Positions 7,451 through 16,806 of a stretch of DNA of 64,000 bases are shown here, in pieces. The position numbers and the translations under genes were made by a program. The stretch comes from a virus: positions 6,568-70,567 of IMG/VR virus record IMGVR_UViG_3300008448_000056; one strand, given 5' to 3'. Each line of letters starts with the position of its first letter. Position 1 is the first letter of the stretch. A model generated the notes under the pieces. The model worked only from the letters and a program-made list of their open reading frames with translations. It made no database searches and was not told where the DNA came from.

Positions 7451-10399
7451 ATGGCAAATGTATTAACAGCTTCAATATATAGTTATCAGGCAAACCCTGA
7501 TTTTACTGACCAATATGGGGTTCAAATGGGATTCCCGGTCGAAAATATAGTAATCAGGGGATTAACTACTCCAATCCCATTTCAAGGTGTTGATTGTAAT
7601 TCAACAATTGAAGTTATATCTGATACTAACCCATTCCCAACATATTATGCATCTGAAAATGTAACAACACTAATATCTGATGCAAATGCAACATCTTCAG
7701 CATCTGAAGTTGTTGTTTCAAACATATCAAACGATATGTTTGAGCAAACAGTTACAGTTGGTAGATATAATCAAGTTGAAATTAGTTTTGACCAAACTGA
7801 CCCTGATTTAATTACTGATGTAACTGTAACAAAAACAAATGGGGGCGATGCGATAAATTCTGGTGGTCAAGCTGTTTTTAGCACTGGGGTAAATACAAAT
7901 GGAGGTATTAAGTGTGTTACAAATTCTAATGTAGTTTATAGGCCAAATGCTGAAATATACGCGGAATTTACTTGCATATTTACAGATGGTGTTGCGTTAT
8001 CTTATCAAAGAATCGGACCTTATGATTCTAATAATGGATTTTATATAGGATATGAGGGAACTTCTTTTGGTGTTACGATAAGAAAAGCTGGTGTTGATGT
8101 TACAACTCCTAGGGCTTCTTTTAATGTAGATACTCTTATTGGTGCTGCAACTTCAAAGTTTACAAGAAACGGAATTCCAGAAGCATTAGATACTACAAAA
8201 GATAATTTATATAGAATTAGGTATGGTTGGCTTGGGGCTGCACCTGTCGTATTTGAGGTAATGTCGCCAGATGGTGAATGGGTTCTTTTTAACATTTATA
8301 GACACCCAAATACTGTTGCTGCTACATCAATAAATAACCCAGACTTACCAATTACGTTAGATGCGCAAAAAACAGCAGCTGGTGCTACTGATTTGGTTAT
8401 GTCAACTGCTTGCTGGGCACTTGGTACTAGCAGTGATTTGCAAAAAGTATCTTCTACATTAACAGACAATACTCTAGTAAAACCAGTTCGTTCTGTTTTG
8501 GTTGCCAAACAACCAAGCGGTTCTTATACTAATATTGACGCTACTACTGGTGGTAATTTGAAAGTTTCTGTTGAAGAAATTGATGGGGCTGTTATCGTTC
8601 CTGTAACTGGTTCTGTTTCTTTAAATGCGGGAACTAATTATGTAGGTAAAGTTCGTCTTACAGATGGCACAACAGATGCTGAGGTTGTACCATTGGCTGG
8701 TTATAGTGCTCAAGCTGTTGCTATTGTAGATGGTTCTGGTAATCAGGTGACAAGTTTTGGTGGTGGTACGCAATATGCTGATGGAACGGCCGTAGCAACT
8801 CCAACGGGTACTGTTGCTCTTGGTTTTGATGGAACAAATGTTCAAGCTTTAAGCTCAACAGCGGCAGGATTATTGAATGTTGCAGATGGAGGCGGAAGTA
8901 TAACGGTAGATGGTACTGTTACAGCTAACGCTGGTACAGGAAACTTTACTGTAGTTCAGGCTAGTGCTGCAAATCTTAACGCAACTGTTACTGGTTCCGT
9001 ATCAGTATCAAATTTTCCCGCAACACAACCAATTAGTGGTACGGTAACTGCTAACGCTGGTACAGGTACATTTAATGTATCTGGTAATGTAAGCCTTGAC
9101 TCTGGAACTAACTATGTTGGCAAGGTGAGACTCACAGATGGCACAACAGATGCTGAGGTTGTACCTTTAGCAAACTATAATGCCCAAGCCGTAGCGATTG
9201 TTGATGGCTCTGGTAACCAAGTAACAAGTTTTGGTGGGGGAACACAATATGTTGATGGAACAGCTGTAGCTACGCCAACAGGTACTGTATCTCTAGGGTT
9301 TGATGGAACAAATGTTCAAGCTCTTAGTACAACAGCAGCAGGTCTATTGAATATAGCTGATGGTGGTGGTTCAATCACTGTTGATGGCACTGTTACAGCT
9401 AATGCAGGTACTGGAAATTTTACTGTTGTTCAAGCAACAGCGGCAAATTTAAACGCTACAGTTACTGGAACTGTAACTGCTGACACAGAACTTCCCACAG
9501 CAGCGGCATTATCGGACTCAACCGCTAACCCGACAACTCCTCTTATTGGTGCTGCATTAGAAGCTTATAACGGTACAACATGGGATAGGTTAAAAACAGA
9601 CTCCGCACTTGCGGGTACATCTTCAAATGATACTACAGTTGGTATTCTTGCGGCTGGGATAGGTCCGGGTTTTTCAATAAGGCTGAATCCCACAAACTTA
9701 GGTACTGCCGTAAACTCTGCATCAACTATCAATGTTGATGGCGCAACAACTATGTCAATTGGTGTAGGTACAACAACTACTGGTACATTTATTTTTGAAG
9801 GTACTGCTGATGCTACTAACTGGTTTTCTGTTGAAGTTTTTGATGCAACTTCTGATTTGTGGGTATCAGGACAAAATATAACACCTACATTGGGCAAAAC
9901 CTACCATATTGCATCAGGCGGTTTAAGGCAAATTAGGTTAAGAACAGTTACTACACTTGGAGCAACAATGGCCCATGTTGTTAATCTTAGTTTATCTCAG
10001 CAGTTAATTGCAGGTATAGATACTGGGGCTGCTCCTCATAACTTTGGTTATTCAAACTTGCATAAAGATGGGGAATATACAACACAGCAAACAGGAACAG
10101 CATTGTGGACACCAACTTCTGGTAAAAAATTTGTAGTTACGGATATTACAATAACAACTGGCGGTACAACTTCTGGGGTTGTTACTTTATGGCAAGGAGC
10201 AGTTGCAGATACTACTTATACTGTTGGCACAGACCCTGCTGTATTTAGGGGAGAATTTGCTCCTTCTGCAAACTCAAAGCCGGGCGTTGTAAAATCATTT
10301 AATGTGCCATATGTTTCTACAACTGCTGACCATATTTTACGTGTTACAACTTCCGCTGCAATGACTGTATATGTTCAGTGTAATGGATATGAAATATAA
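7451..10399 (+). CDS. large fibre/decoration-like virion protein
   Basis: T/G/A/V-rich beta protein with an internal ~130-aa duplication; leaderless after TAACTTTG 7439-7446. Confidence 0.65.
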   Translation: MANVLTASIYSYQANPDFTDQYGVQMGFPVENIVIRGLTTPIPFQGVDCNSTIEVISDTNPFPTYYASENVTTLISDANATSSASEVVVSNISNDMFEQTVTVGRYNQVEISFDQTDPDLITDVTVTKTNGGDAINSGGQAVFSTGVNTNGGIKCVTNSNVVYRPNAEIYAEFTCIFTDGVALSYQRIGPYDSNNGFYIGYEGTSFGVTIRKAGVDVTTPRASFNVDTLIGAATSKFTRNGIPEALDTTKDNLYRIRYGWLGAAPVVFEVMSPDGEWVLFNIYRHPNTVAATSINNPDLPITLDAQKTAAGATDLVMSTACWALGTSSDLQKVSSTLTDNTLVKPVRSVLVAKQPSGSYTNIDATTGGNLKVSVEEIDGAVIVPVTGSVSLNAGTNYVGKVRLTDGTTDAEVVPLAGYSAQAVAIVDGSGNQVTSFGGGTQYADGTAVATPTGTVALGFDGTNVQALSSTAAGLLNVADGGGSITVDGTVTANAGTGNFTVVQASAANLNATVTGSVSVSNFPATQPISGTVTANAGTGTFNVSGNVSLDSGTNYVGKVRLTDGTTDAEVVPLANYNAQAVAIVDGSGNQVTSFGGGTQYVDGTAVATPTGTVSLGFDGTNVQALSTTAAGLLNIADGGGSITVDGTVTANAGTGNFTVVQATAANLNATVTGTVTADTELPTAAALSDSTANPTTPLIGAALEAYNGTTWDRLKTDSALAGTSSNDTTVGILAAGIGPGFSIRLNPTNLGTAVNSASTINVDGATTMSIGVGTTTTGTFIFEGTADATNWFSVEVFDATSDLWVSGQNITPTLGKTYHIASGGLRQIRLRTVTTLGATMAHVVNLSLSQQLIAGIDTGAAPHNFGYSNLHKDGEYTTQQTGTALWTPTSGKKFVVTDITITTGGTTSGVVTLWQGAVADTTYTVGTDPAVFRGEFAPSANSKPGVVKSFNVPYVSTTADHILRVTTSAAMTVYVQCNGYEI
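8603..9470 (+). repeat. internal duplication of ~130 codons
   Basis: GTNYVGKVRLTDGTTDAEVVPLA...AANLNATVTG occurs twice (about 8603-8995 and 9080-9470). Confidence 0.9.
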
Positions 10400-10404
10400 T
10401 TTAT

Positions 10405-10611
10405 ATGATTACTCAAGAAATATTATTAGTAGAAAAGGTTGATAATGGCGATGGCACTATTTCTCTTATAGCCGAATTGGCTGTATATAAAAATGGAATA
10501 TTTACCCATCACGATAGTAGAAGTCCATTTAATTTCCCAAGCGATATGACAGACCAAGAAATAATTGATTATATATGGGAAAACGAATATTTGAAGTATA
10601 AAATAGTTTAA
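10405..10611 (+). CDS. small acidic protein, possible fibre chaperone
   Basis: Follows the fibre gene; role inferred from position only. Confidence 0.5.
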   Translation: MITQEILLVEKVDNGDGTISLIAELAVYKNGIFTHHDSRSPFNFPSDMTDQEIIDYIWENEYLKYKIV

Positions 10612-11339
10612 TGGCTGTATTTAATTTACACGGTGTAACATCTGTACCTGCTGATAATGGTACAAATGCTACCACTACAATCACTCTTACTCCTCCAACC
10701 TTAATGTTAGATGGAGATTTAGTGGTTGTATATCTTCAGCAAAGAGGTACTGCTACTTTTTCTGTAGGTGTTACAGGCGGTCAGACTTGGACTCCTATAG
10801 GAAGAAATGCTGTAACAGCAACAGTAGCATTAGAAACTTATTGGGCTAGATTTAATGGCACATGGGCTGCTAATCCAAGATTTGACTTTTCTGCTGGTAC
10901 AAACACGTCAGCCCAGATGCTTGTTTTTAGGTCAGACGTACCTACAAATCAGTGGGGTACATCAAACATACAAACAACCAATGCTGCTGCTGCTGCCACT
11001 ATTACCATCACTGGTTTAACACCAGCAAATCCTGATAGTGTTACTGTAGGTAGCTGGATGACAGCAGATGATAATACATGGGGGAACTTAACAGGTGTTG
11101 GTTGGAGTAAATTAGGGTTGTCAAACCAATATAGAAACCTAGCAGGTAACGACCAATCATCAACTTACGCATATTACCTTCAAACAGGAGGACCATCTGC
11201 CATACCAAACGTATCGCAGCAACAGCTTACACTTGGTAATGATGCTACAGCTTGGAGAAGAATTACATTTTATAATTTTGCTGCCGCAGCATTTACCCCA
11301 TCCGACCCTATGGGTATGATGGGAATATTTGGAATTTAA
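10611..11339 (+). CDS. putative virion beta-sheet protein
   Basis: T/A/G-rich; TLTPP...DGDLVVV pattern seen in phage tail/decoration domains. Confidence 0.5.
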   Translation: MAVFNLHGVTSVPADNGTNATTTITLTPPTLMLDGDLVVVYLQQRGTATFSVGVTGGQTWTPIGRNAVTATVALETYWARFNGTWAANPRFDFSAGTNTSAQMLVFRSDVPTNQWGTSNIQTTNAAAAATITITGLTPANPDSVTVGSWMTADDNTWGNLTGVGWSKLGLSNQYRNLAGNDQSSTYAYYLQTGGPSAIPNVSQQQLTLGNDATAWRRITFYNFAAAAFTPSDPMGMMGIFGI

Positions 11340-11342
11340 TAT

Positions 11343-11564
11343 ATGATTCATCATTTCCCAACACCAATACCCGTTCACACCCCACATGGGTATGGAGATG
11401 CAATACTATTAATTGATTATGGAATAGACGTAAATACTGTTTGGTTAATTAGATTAGAGGGGGGAAGTGTTAAGCATTACCTATCAGATGATATAAGAAT
11501 ATATGGGAATCCTATGTATGGAAAGTCATTTGACATTGATATACCTGAAAATTGGAAACAATGA
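11343..11564 (+). CDS. conserved phage hypothetical protein
   Basis: PIPVHTPHGYGDAILLIDYG...NTVW. Confidence 0.6.
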   Translation: MIHHFPTPIPVHTPHGYGDAILLIDYGIDVNTVWLIRLEGGSVKHYLSDDIRIYGNPMYGKSFDIDIPENWKQ

Positions 11565-13000
11565 GACCAAATCTTAAAAATGTAACATTAATAGCAGTAG
11601 ATTGTCATAATTATAAAGCAGCTGCTGATGCTTTAAAGAAAAGCATGGAACAGTGCGATTTTGCTTCTGTTAAACTAATTACGGACATAGATATTAAAAT
11701 AAAAGATGTAGAAGTAATAAAAATTGATTCAATTAAATCAAAAGAAGAGTATTCTGAATTTATAATTAAAAAACTTAATTATTTTTTTCAGACTGAATAT
11801 GTTCTTGTTTGCCAACATGATGGTTATGTTTTAGATGGGAATTGCTGGGATGATGAATTTTTTAAATATGATTATATAGGCGCGCCTTGGCTGTATATTG
11901 ATGGCAAAAATGTTGGCAATGGTGGTTTTTCTTTAAGGTCAAAAAAACTTCAACACGCTTTAGCTACTGACGATTTTATTACAGCTACAGACCCAGAAGA
12001 CCAAGCTATTGGTAGGTTGTATCGCGATTATTTAATTAAAAAATATGAAATTAGATTTCCTACAGAAGAATTAGCTGATAAGTTTTCATTTGAGTTGAGG
12101 AAGCCAGCACAACCAACATTTGGTTTTCATGGTAAATTCCATGAGCCATATAAGCCTGTTGTTGTATTAAAAAGATTGGGTGCAATGGGTGATGTAATAA
12201 GACTAGAGCCAGTCATGAGGTATTTCCATGATACTGGGCATATGGTAGTTCTGCACACGACAAATAATTTCTACAATTTATTTATAAATCATCATTATAA
12301 AATACACAATATTTACTCTGTAGACGGGAGGATTCTAAAAAATGCAAAACATTTCGACTTAGATATGTCGTATGAGAATAACCCAAAAGTTCCCCATTTA
12401 ATATCATATTTTGAAGCTTGCGGAATCAGTAAAGATGATTACAAAAAATACCTAGTCAAGCAAAAGTTGTCATTAGGATTTCAGATTAACCAATATACTA
12501 AATTATTTAAAAAATATGTGGTATTACATATAGATGATAGGCCGCAGCTAAGTAGAAATATCAGTGGCATTGATTGGGATATTGTTGTGTATGAATTAAA
12601 ATATAATGGGTATGAGGTAATACAGCTTGGATTTCAAGATAAAAACATTGTTGGTGCTATACATATGAAAACTATAAATGAAAATTTATTGTCATATGTT
12701 GTTGCTGGTGCTGATATGTTTATTGGCATAGATAGCGGTATTAGTCATATAGCAGCTGGGTTTAATGTACCAAGTATGATATTTTTTGGCAGCGTAGACC
12801 CAGATATAATTCACGTCGACTTTGAGAATATTGTTATTATGACTAATCACGATGATAAAAACCCGATTTGCGAAAAACCATATTGTTGGCATTCTGTAAT
12901 TGGCTGCGCAGGAGCACCTTGTTACATAAATGAAAATAATCCTCCTTGTGTTAGTTTTTCTACAAAACAAGTTGTTGATTTTATAAAACTAGTAGTATGA
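11561..13000 (+). CDS. two-domain glycosyltransferase (DUF5672-like GT-A plus GT9-like GT-B)
   Basis: QHDG, YDYIGAPW, VGNGGFSLRS, PED; then GAMGDVI and FIGIDSGISHIAAG. Confidence 0.85.
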   Translation: MRPNLKNVTLIAVDCHNYKAAADALKKSMEQCDFASVKLITDIDIKIKDVEVIKIDSIKSKEEYSEFIIKKLNYFFQTEYVLVCQHDGYVLDGNCWDDEFFKYDYIGAPWLYIDGKNVGNGGFSLRSKKLQHALATDDFITATDPEDQAIGRLYRDYLIKKYEIRFPTEELADKFSFELRKPAQPTFGFHGKFHEPYKPVVVLKRLGAMGDVIRLEPVMRYFHDTGHMVVLHTTNNFYNLFINHHYKIHNIYSVDGRILKNAKHFDLDMSYENNPKVPHLISYFEACGISKDDYKKYLVKQKLSLGFQINQYTKLFKKYVVLHIDDRPQLSRNISGIDWDIVVYELKYNGYEVIQLGFQDKNIVGAIHMKTINENLLSYVVAGADMFIGIDSGISHIAAGFNVPSMIFFGSVDPDIIHVDFENIVIMTNHDDKNPICEKPYCWHSVIGCAGAPCYINENNPPCVSFSTKQVVDFIKLVV

Positions 13001-13734
13001 TTTGGGATTGCTTTACATATAATGGAGAAGAGGATTTGCTTAAAATAAGATGTGAAGAGCTTTCTGGCTTTGACGTGACCCACGTATTGGTTGAGAGCAA
13101 TTATACATTTACTGGTAAATGGAAGCCACTTAGTTATAAAAATAAACTTCCATATAAAATTGAACATTTTGTAGCTAACCATTTGCCAAATAATGGCGAT
13201 GCTTGGGAAAATGAAAAAGAGCAACGCAATCACATACTATTTGCCCTAAAACAATTGGGTGCATCAGATAATGATATTGTAATAATATCCGATGCGGATG
13301 AAATTGTTAGACGTTATACTGTTGAACATTACAATCCCATCAGTTCCCTTACCGCCATTAAGATGGACACATATAGGTATTACTTCAATTGCCTAGAGGG
13401 GAAACAGAACTGGGATAAGGCTAGAATGATGAATTTTTCATATTTAAAAGACAGAACGCCTAATGAGGTAAGAAACAGCGGATTTGAACGCGTTCTTCAA
13501 GATTCCGGTTGGCATTTTAGTTATATGGGTGGTTATGATAAAATCATTGAGAAAATAGAATCATTTTCGCATACTGAGTTTAATACAGAAGAATTTAAAT
13601 CTAAGATTAAATACAAACAGGAAAATTGTCAATCTTTGTTTGGGGACGATTTTTGGCAAGTTGTCCAATTAGATAACTCATTCCCTAGGGAAATAGTAAA
13701 CAATATTGAAGCATATAAAAAGCATATAAAGTGA
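12997..13734 (+). CDS. GT17-like N-acetylglucosaminyltransferase
   Basis: DCFTYNGE, VLVESNYTFTG, WENEKEQRN, ISDADEI, GWHFSY. Confidence 0.85.
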   Translation: MIWDCFTYNGEEDLLKIRCEELSGFDVTHVLVESNYTFTGKWKPLSYKNKLPYKIEHFVANHLPNNGDAWENEKEQRNHILFALKQLGASDNDIVIISDADEIVRRYTVEHYNPISSLTAIKMDTYRYYFNCLEGKQNWDKARMMNFSYLKDRTPNEVRNSGFERVLQDSGWHFSYMGGYDKIIEKIESFSHTEFNTEEFKSKIKYKQENCQSLFGDDFWQVVQLDNSFPREIVNNIEAYKKHIK

Positions 13735-14495
13735 AATTAGCTGGAACTACATTTATTAGAAATGGTGAGACTTATGACTATTGTTATATGGAGACAATAT
13801 CTTGTCTTTTAGAGTTTTGCGACCATGTTTTTGTTGTTGATGCGGGAAGTGATGATGGTACTTGCGAAAAAATAGAAGCCATCAATTCCCCTAATTTAAC
13901 ATTAATAAAGCGTTCTAAAGAAGAGTGGGATTTGCAGAAAGGAAAAGGTAAAACAAAGCTTTGTTATTTTACTGATATTGCTCTTTATGCAGCACATGAG
14001 GCTGGTTATGATTACAGTTTTTATCTGCAATGTGACGAAATACTTCATGAGCGGTCATATAATATTGTTCGGGAGGCCATAAAATCAAATATTGCTGGTT
14101 ATTTATGTAAAAGAGTTAATCTTTGGGATAGCCCTTACAAACAGTTAAATGTTCCCCAAAATAGAATGCCATGCTCTACAGAGGTAGTACGTTTGACTCA
14201 AGCCGAATACCGTTCTTATGGAGATGCTGAGAGTATTGCTGTGCCAACACTTGACAAAAGATGGGTTGATAAGATATGCATCTATCACATGGGCTTTGTA
14301 AGGAAGCGGGAATTAATGAAGGATAAGGTTATAAATATGCAGGAAAATGTATTTGAACTTGGGCATCACGACCCTAAATTGGACTTAGATACAGTATTCC
14401 AGCCTAAATTCTGGTTTGGGGAAGATGAACTAGAACTAATTGAGGAGCCACTTCCCAAGATTATAAAAAAATGGGCAGCAGAGCGGGTGTATTGA
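13731..14495 (+). CDS. GT2-like glycosyltransferase
   Basis: VVDAGSDDGT, LQCDE, IYHMG. Confidence 0.8.
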   Translation: MKLAGTTFIRNGETYDYCYMETISCLLEFCDHVFVVDAGSDDGTCEKIEAINSPNLTLIKRSKEEWDLQKGKGKTKLCYFTDIALYAAHEAGYDYSFYLQCDEILHERSYNIVREAIKSNIAGYLCKRVNLWDSPYKQLNVPQNRMPCSTEVVRLTQAEYRSYGDAESIAVPTLDKRWVDKICIYHMGFVRKRELMKDKVINMQENVFELGHHDPKLDLDTVFQPKFWFGEDELELIEEPLPKIIKKWAAERVY

Positions 14496-14515
14496 AAAAT
14501 TAAATAATTTTGGGT

Positions 14516-14827
14516 ATGGCAAAGATTAGAGTAAAATCAGCTGCTTGGCAGCGCAAGGAGGGTAAAAACCCTGAAGGAGGTCTTAACGCTAAAGGTAGAG
14601 CTTCGTATAAGGCTCAGACTGGCGGCACTTTAAAGGCTCCTGTTAAGTCTGGCGACAACCCTCGTCGTGCTAGTTTTTTGGCTAGAATGGGGGGAATGCC
14701 CGGGCCAGAATATAAAGATGGGAAGCCAACTCGTTTGTTGCTATCTTTGAAAGCTTGGGGAGCTTCATCAAAAGCTGACGCAAAAGCTAAGGCTAAAAAC
14801 ATTTCTGAACGCAATAAAAGCAAATAA
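14516..14827 (+). CDS. basic phage protein (DUF6321-like)
   Basis: AWQRKEGKNPEGGLNAKGRASY...RRASFLARM; ATG 14516 follows TAATTTTG. Confidence 0.7.
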   Translation: MAKIRVKSAAWQRKEGKNPEGGLNAKGRASYKAQTGGTLKAPVKSGDNPRRASFLARMGGMPGPEYKDGKPTRLLLSLKAWGASSKADAKAKAKNISERNKSK

Positions 14828-14828
14828 A

Positions 14829-14999
14829 ATGACTGAAAATCCTATTAAAAAAACGATGGTTAAGGTTTCGGTTATGCCAAAACAGAAAATTGATAAATCT
14901 ATAGCTGATAAGATGAGAAAAGAGGCGGTTGATAATATGAAAAAAGAAGCCTCAAAGCAAATTGGTAAACGGATATTTAATAGTTTAAAATCCAAATAA
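14829..14999 (+). CDS. small basic protein (not in ORF track)
   Basis: 56-aa ORF MTENPIKK...SLKSK fills the gap exactly. Confidence 0.6.
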   Translation: MTENPIKKTMVKVSVMPKQKIDKSIADKMRKEAVDNMKKEASKQIGKRIFNSLKSK

Positions 15000-15000
15000 A

Positions 15001-15666
15001 GTGGCTAAAGTTAAAATTACAAAGACAGTTAAAGCTGTTGATGGTCCGTCTGGTAAAATACTTACAGATGACCAAGTAGAAACTTGGTCTGATTTTGCAC
15101 AAAAAAATCAGAACTTGAACTTTGACCAAAAATGGGATGCTTTTTCTAAAAATAATCCAAAGTTTGGAGCTACAAAGCAAGATTTGAGGAAAGCATTAGA
15201 TATGCATGAAGATTGGCTTACAAACACTGAAAACGAACGTCGTGAGGCTGCTATGAATCAGGGTTTTAGAACTAGTATGTTAGGCGAAAAACAACGTGTT
15301 CGTTCTGGAGATGTTTTTATGCCTCTTTATGAGAATGGTAAATTAGTGGGAAGATATGGCGCAGAAGGGAAATTGCTTGATAAGTATGTAAAACCTTCTC
15401 AAATTACTTCTGGCATTTTGCCATATCGTCAAATCCCAAATATTGGGGATGTTGATATGGGAAGTTTTTATGTTGATAGGGAAAAGGGCATAGCTAAAGT
15501 TATTACAGGTAAAGACAAAGATGTCACAATGAATTTAAATGATTTGCGCCAGCATCCTGAATGGAAAGGAATTATGCTAAAAATAGATACTGAAGATTTA
15601 CGTAATAAGGCTAAATCTAATCCAGTCATTTTTAATAGCCAAATGCCATCAATATTTAAACAATAA
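15001..15666 (+). CDS. hypothetical protein
   Basis: GTG start, 221 aa, operon-packed. Confidence 0.6.
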   Translation: MAKVKITKTVKAVDGPSGKILTDDQVETWSDFAQKNQNLNFDQKWDAFSKNNPKFGATKQDLRKALDMHEDWLTNTENERREAAMNQGFRTSMLGEKQRVRSGDVFMPLYENGKLVGRYGAEGKLLDKYVKPSQITSGILPYRQIPNIGDVDMGSFYVDREKGIAKVITGKDKDVTMNLNDLRQHPEWKGIMLKIDTEDLRNKAKSNPVIFNSQMPSIFKQ

Positions 15667-15679
15667 AACATGAATAGGT

Positions 15680-16345
15680 ATGATTCAACTGCAAGCTGTA
15701 GAAGGTAAAGTAATAATCAGCGTTGACCTAGAAAGTAAAAATAGCCACACATTCTCTGACGGAACTAAAATAAGACTAGAAAGACAATACAATAATTTAA
15801 ATAAAAGGGAAACGCATCCTGTCAATGCTACCGTAGTTAGTGGTGATGGAATGAAATCTGGAAGTCAGATTTTAATTCACCCTAATATGACGCATGAAAC
15901 GTATAGGATATATGATTATGCTCCTCTTTCTGGGGAAATAGAGGGTAGTGATATAAAATATTATTCAATACCTGAAGAACAATGTTTTGGTTGGCTGGAT
16001 GGTGAAGAATGGAAACCTTTAAAAAACTTTGATTTTGCTTTAAGAGTTTTTAAGCCCTATAGTGGATTTATTGAGGGTATAGAGCCGGAATTGGTTAAAG
16101 ATGTTTTATATGTGACTACCGGGGAATTGAAGGGTAAAGTAGTACACACATTAAAGGCTTGTGATTATGAAATAATTTTCCAAGGTCTTAATGGGCAAGA
16201 AGAAAGGTTGATAAGATTCCGCCATTTCCCTGATTCTGAAAATGAAAGGGAAGAGGTTATAGCAATAGACGATTACTTAACTGATAAAGTAAATAACGGT
16301 AAATTACTTGTTGGATTATCACCTACTAAAGCAAAAACAATATGA
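15680..16345 (+). CDS. GroES-like domain protein
   Basis: LQAVEGKVII...ATVVS...GSQILIHPN...YYSIPEEQCF, then a second KPLKNF-type repeat; upstream of terminase. Confidence 0.5.
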   Translation: MIQLQAVEGKVIISVDLESKNSHTFSDGTKIRLERQYNNLNKRETHPVNATVVSGDGMKSGSQILIHPNMTHETYRIYDYAPLSGEIEGSDIKYYSIPEEQCFGWLDGEEWKPLKNFDFALRVFKPYSGFIEGIEPELVKDVLYVTTGELKGKVVHTLKACDYEIIFQGLNGQEERLIRFRHFPDSENEREEVIAIDDYLTDKVNNGKLLVGLSPTKAKTI

Positions 16346-16680
16346 CAGACGCAGCAAAAAGTATTTTAGAAAAAGAAATTAATGACTTAGAAAATAAACT
16401 TAAAGCTTACGAACAAAACGGGGCTGCTAAGTTATTTTATAGTCTACAGCGTAAGGCCAATGAAATGGCTGATTTGCTTAATGGCAATAGCTTGTCTAAG
16501 ATTAATATTGACGACCCAAAAGACAAGAGTTTTGAACGTATTTTTAAGATATTAGAAAAAAGCGCAACCGTAAGCGAATCAATTAAATCATTAAGGGATG
16601 CTGCTGGAATTACTGGTAATGAGAAAGCTGATATAGAGAAAAAACCATTTTTGGACAGAATAGCTGAAAAAAGAGATTAA
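16342..16680 (+). CDS. helical protein, candidate terminase small subunit
   Basis: Position upstream of TerL and helical composition only. Confidence 0.35.
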   Translation: MTDAAKSILEKEINDLENKLKAYEQNGAAKLFYSLQRKANEMADLLNGNSLSKINIDDPKDKSFERIFKILEKSATVSESIKSLRDAAGITGNEKADIEKKPFLDRIAEKRD

Positions 16681-16681
16681 C

Positions 16682-16804
16682 ATGGCAAAAGCAAATAGCT
16701 CCGCTAATAAAATTATATTTGGCCGCCGTAAAGGTGGTAAGGCTAAGAAAAGCCACAACAAAAACGACCGCAGAGAACGTAATTATCGCGGGCAAGGAAG
16801 ATAA
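16682..16804 (+). CDS. 40-aa basic peptide (not in ORF track)
   Basis: MAKANSS...NYRGQGR; the YRGQG ending is typical of a small phage family. Confidence 0.6.
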   Translation: MAKANSSANKIIFGRRKGGKAKKSHNKNDRRERNYRGQGR

Positions 16805-16806
16805 TA

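Noticed and set aside
5981-7700. Inverted paralogous genes as an invertible (shufflon-like) segment
   Set aside because: DNA copies are diverged with no long exact inverted repeat, and no recombinase is seen in the window
8603-9470. Diversity-generating retroelement TR/VR pair
   Set aside because: Differences are synonymous and not adenine-specific; no reverse transcriptase present
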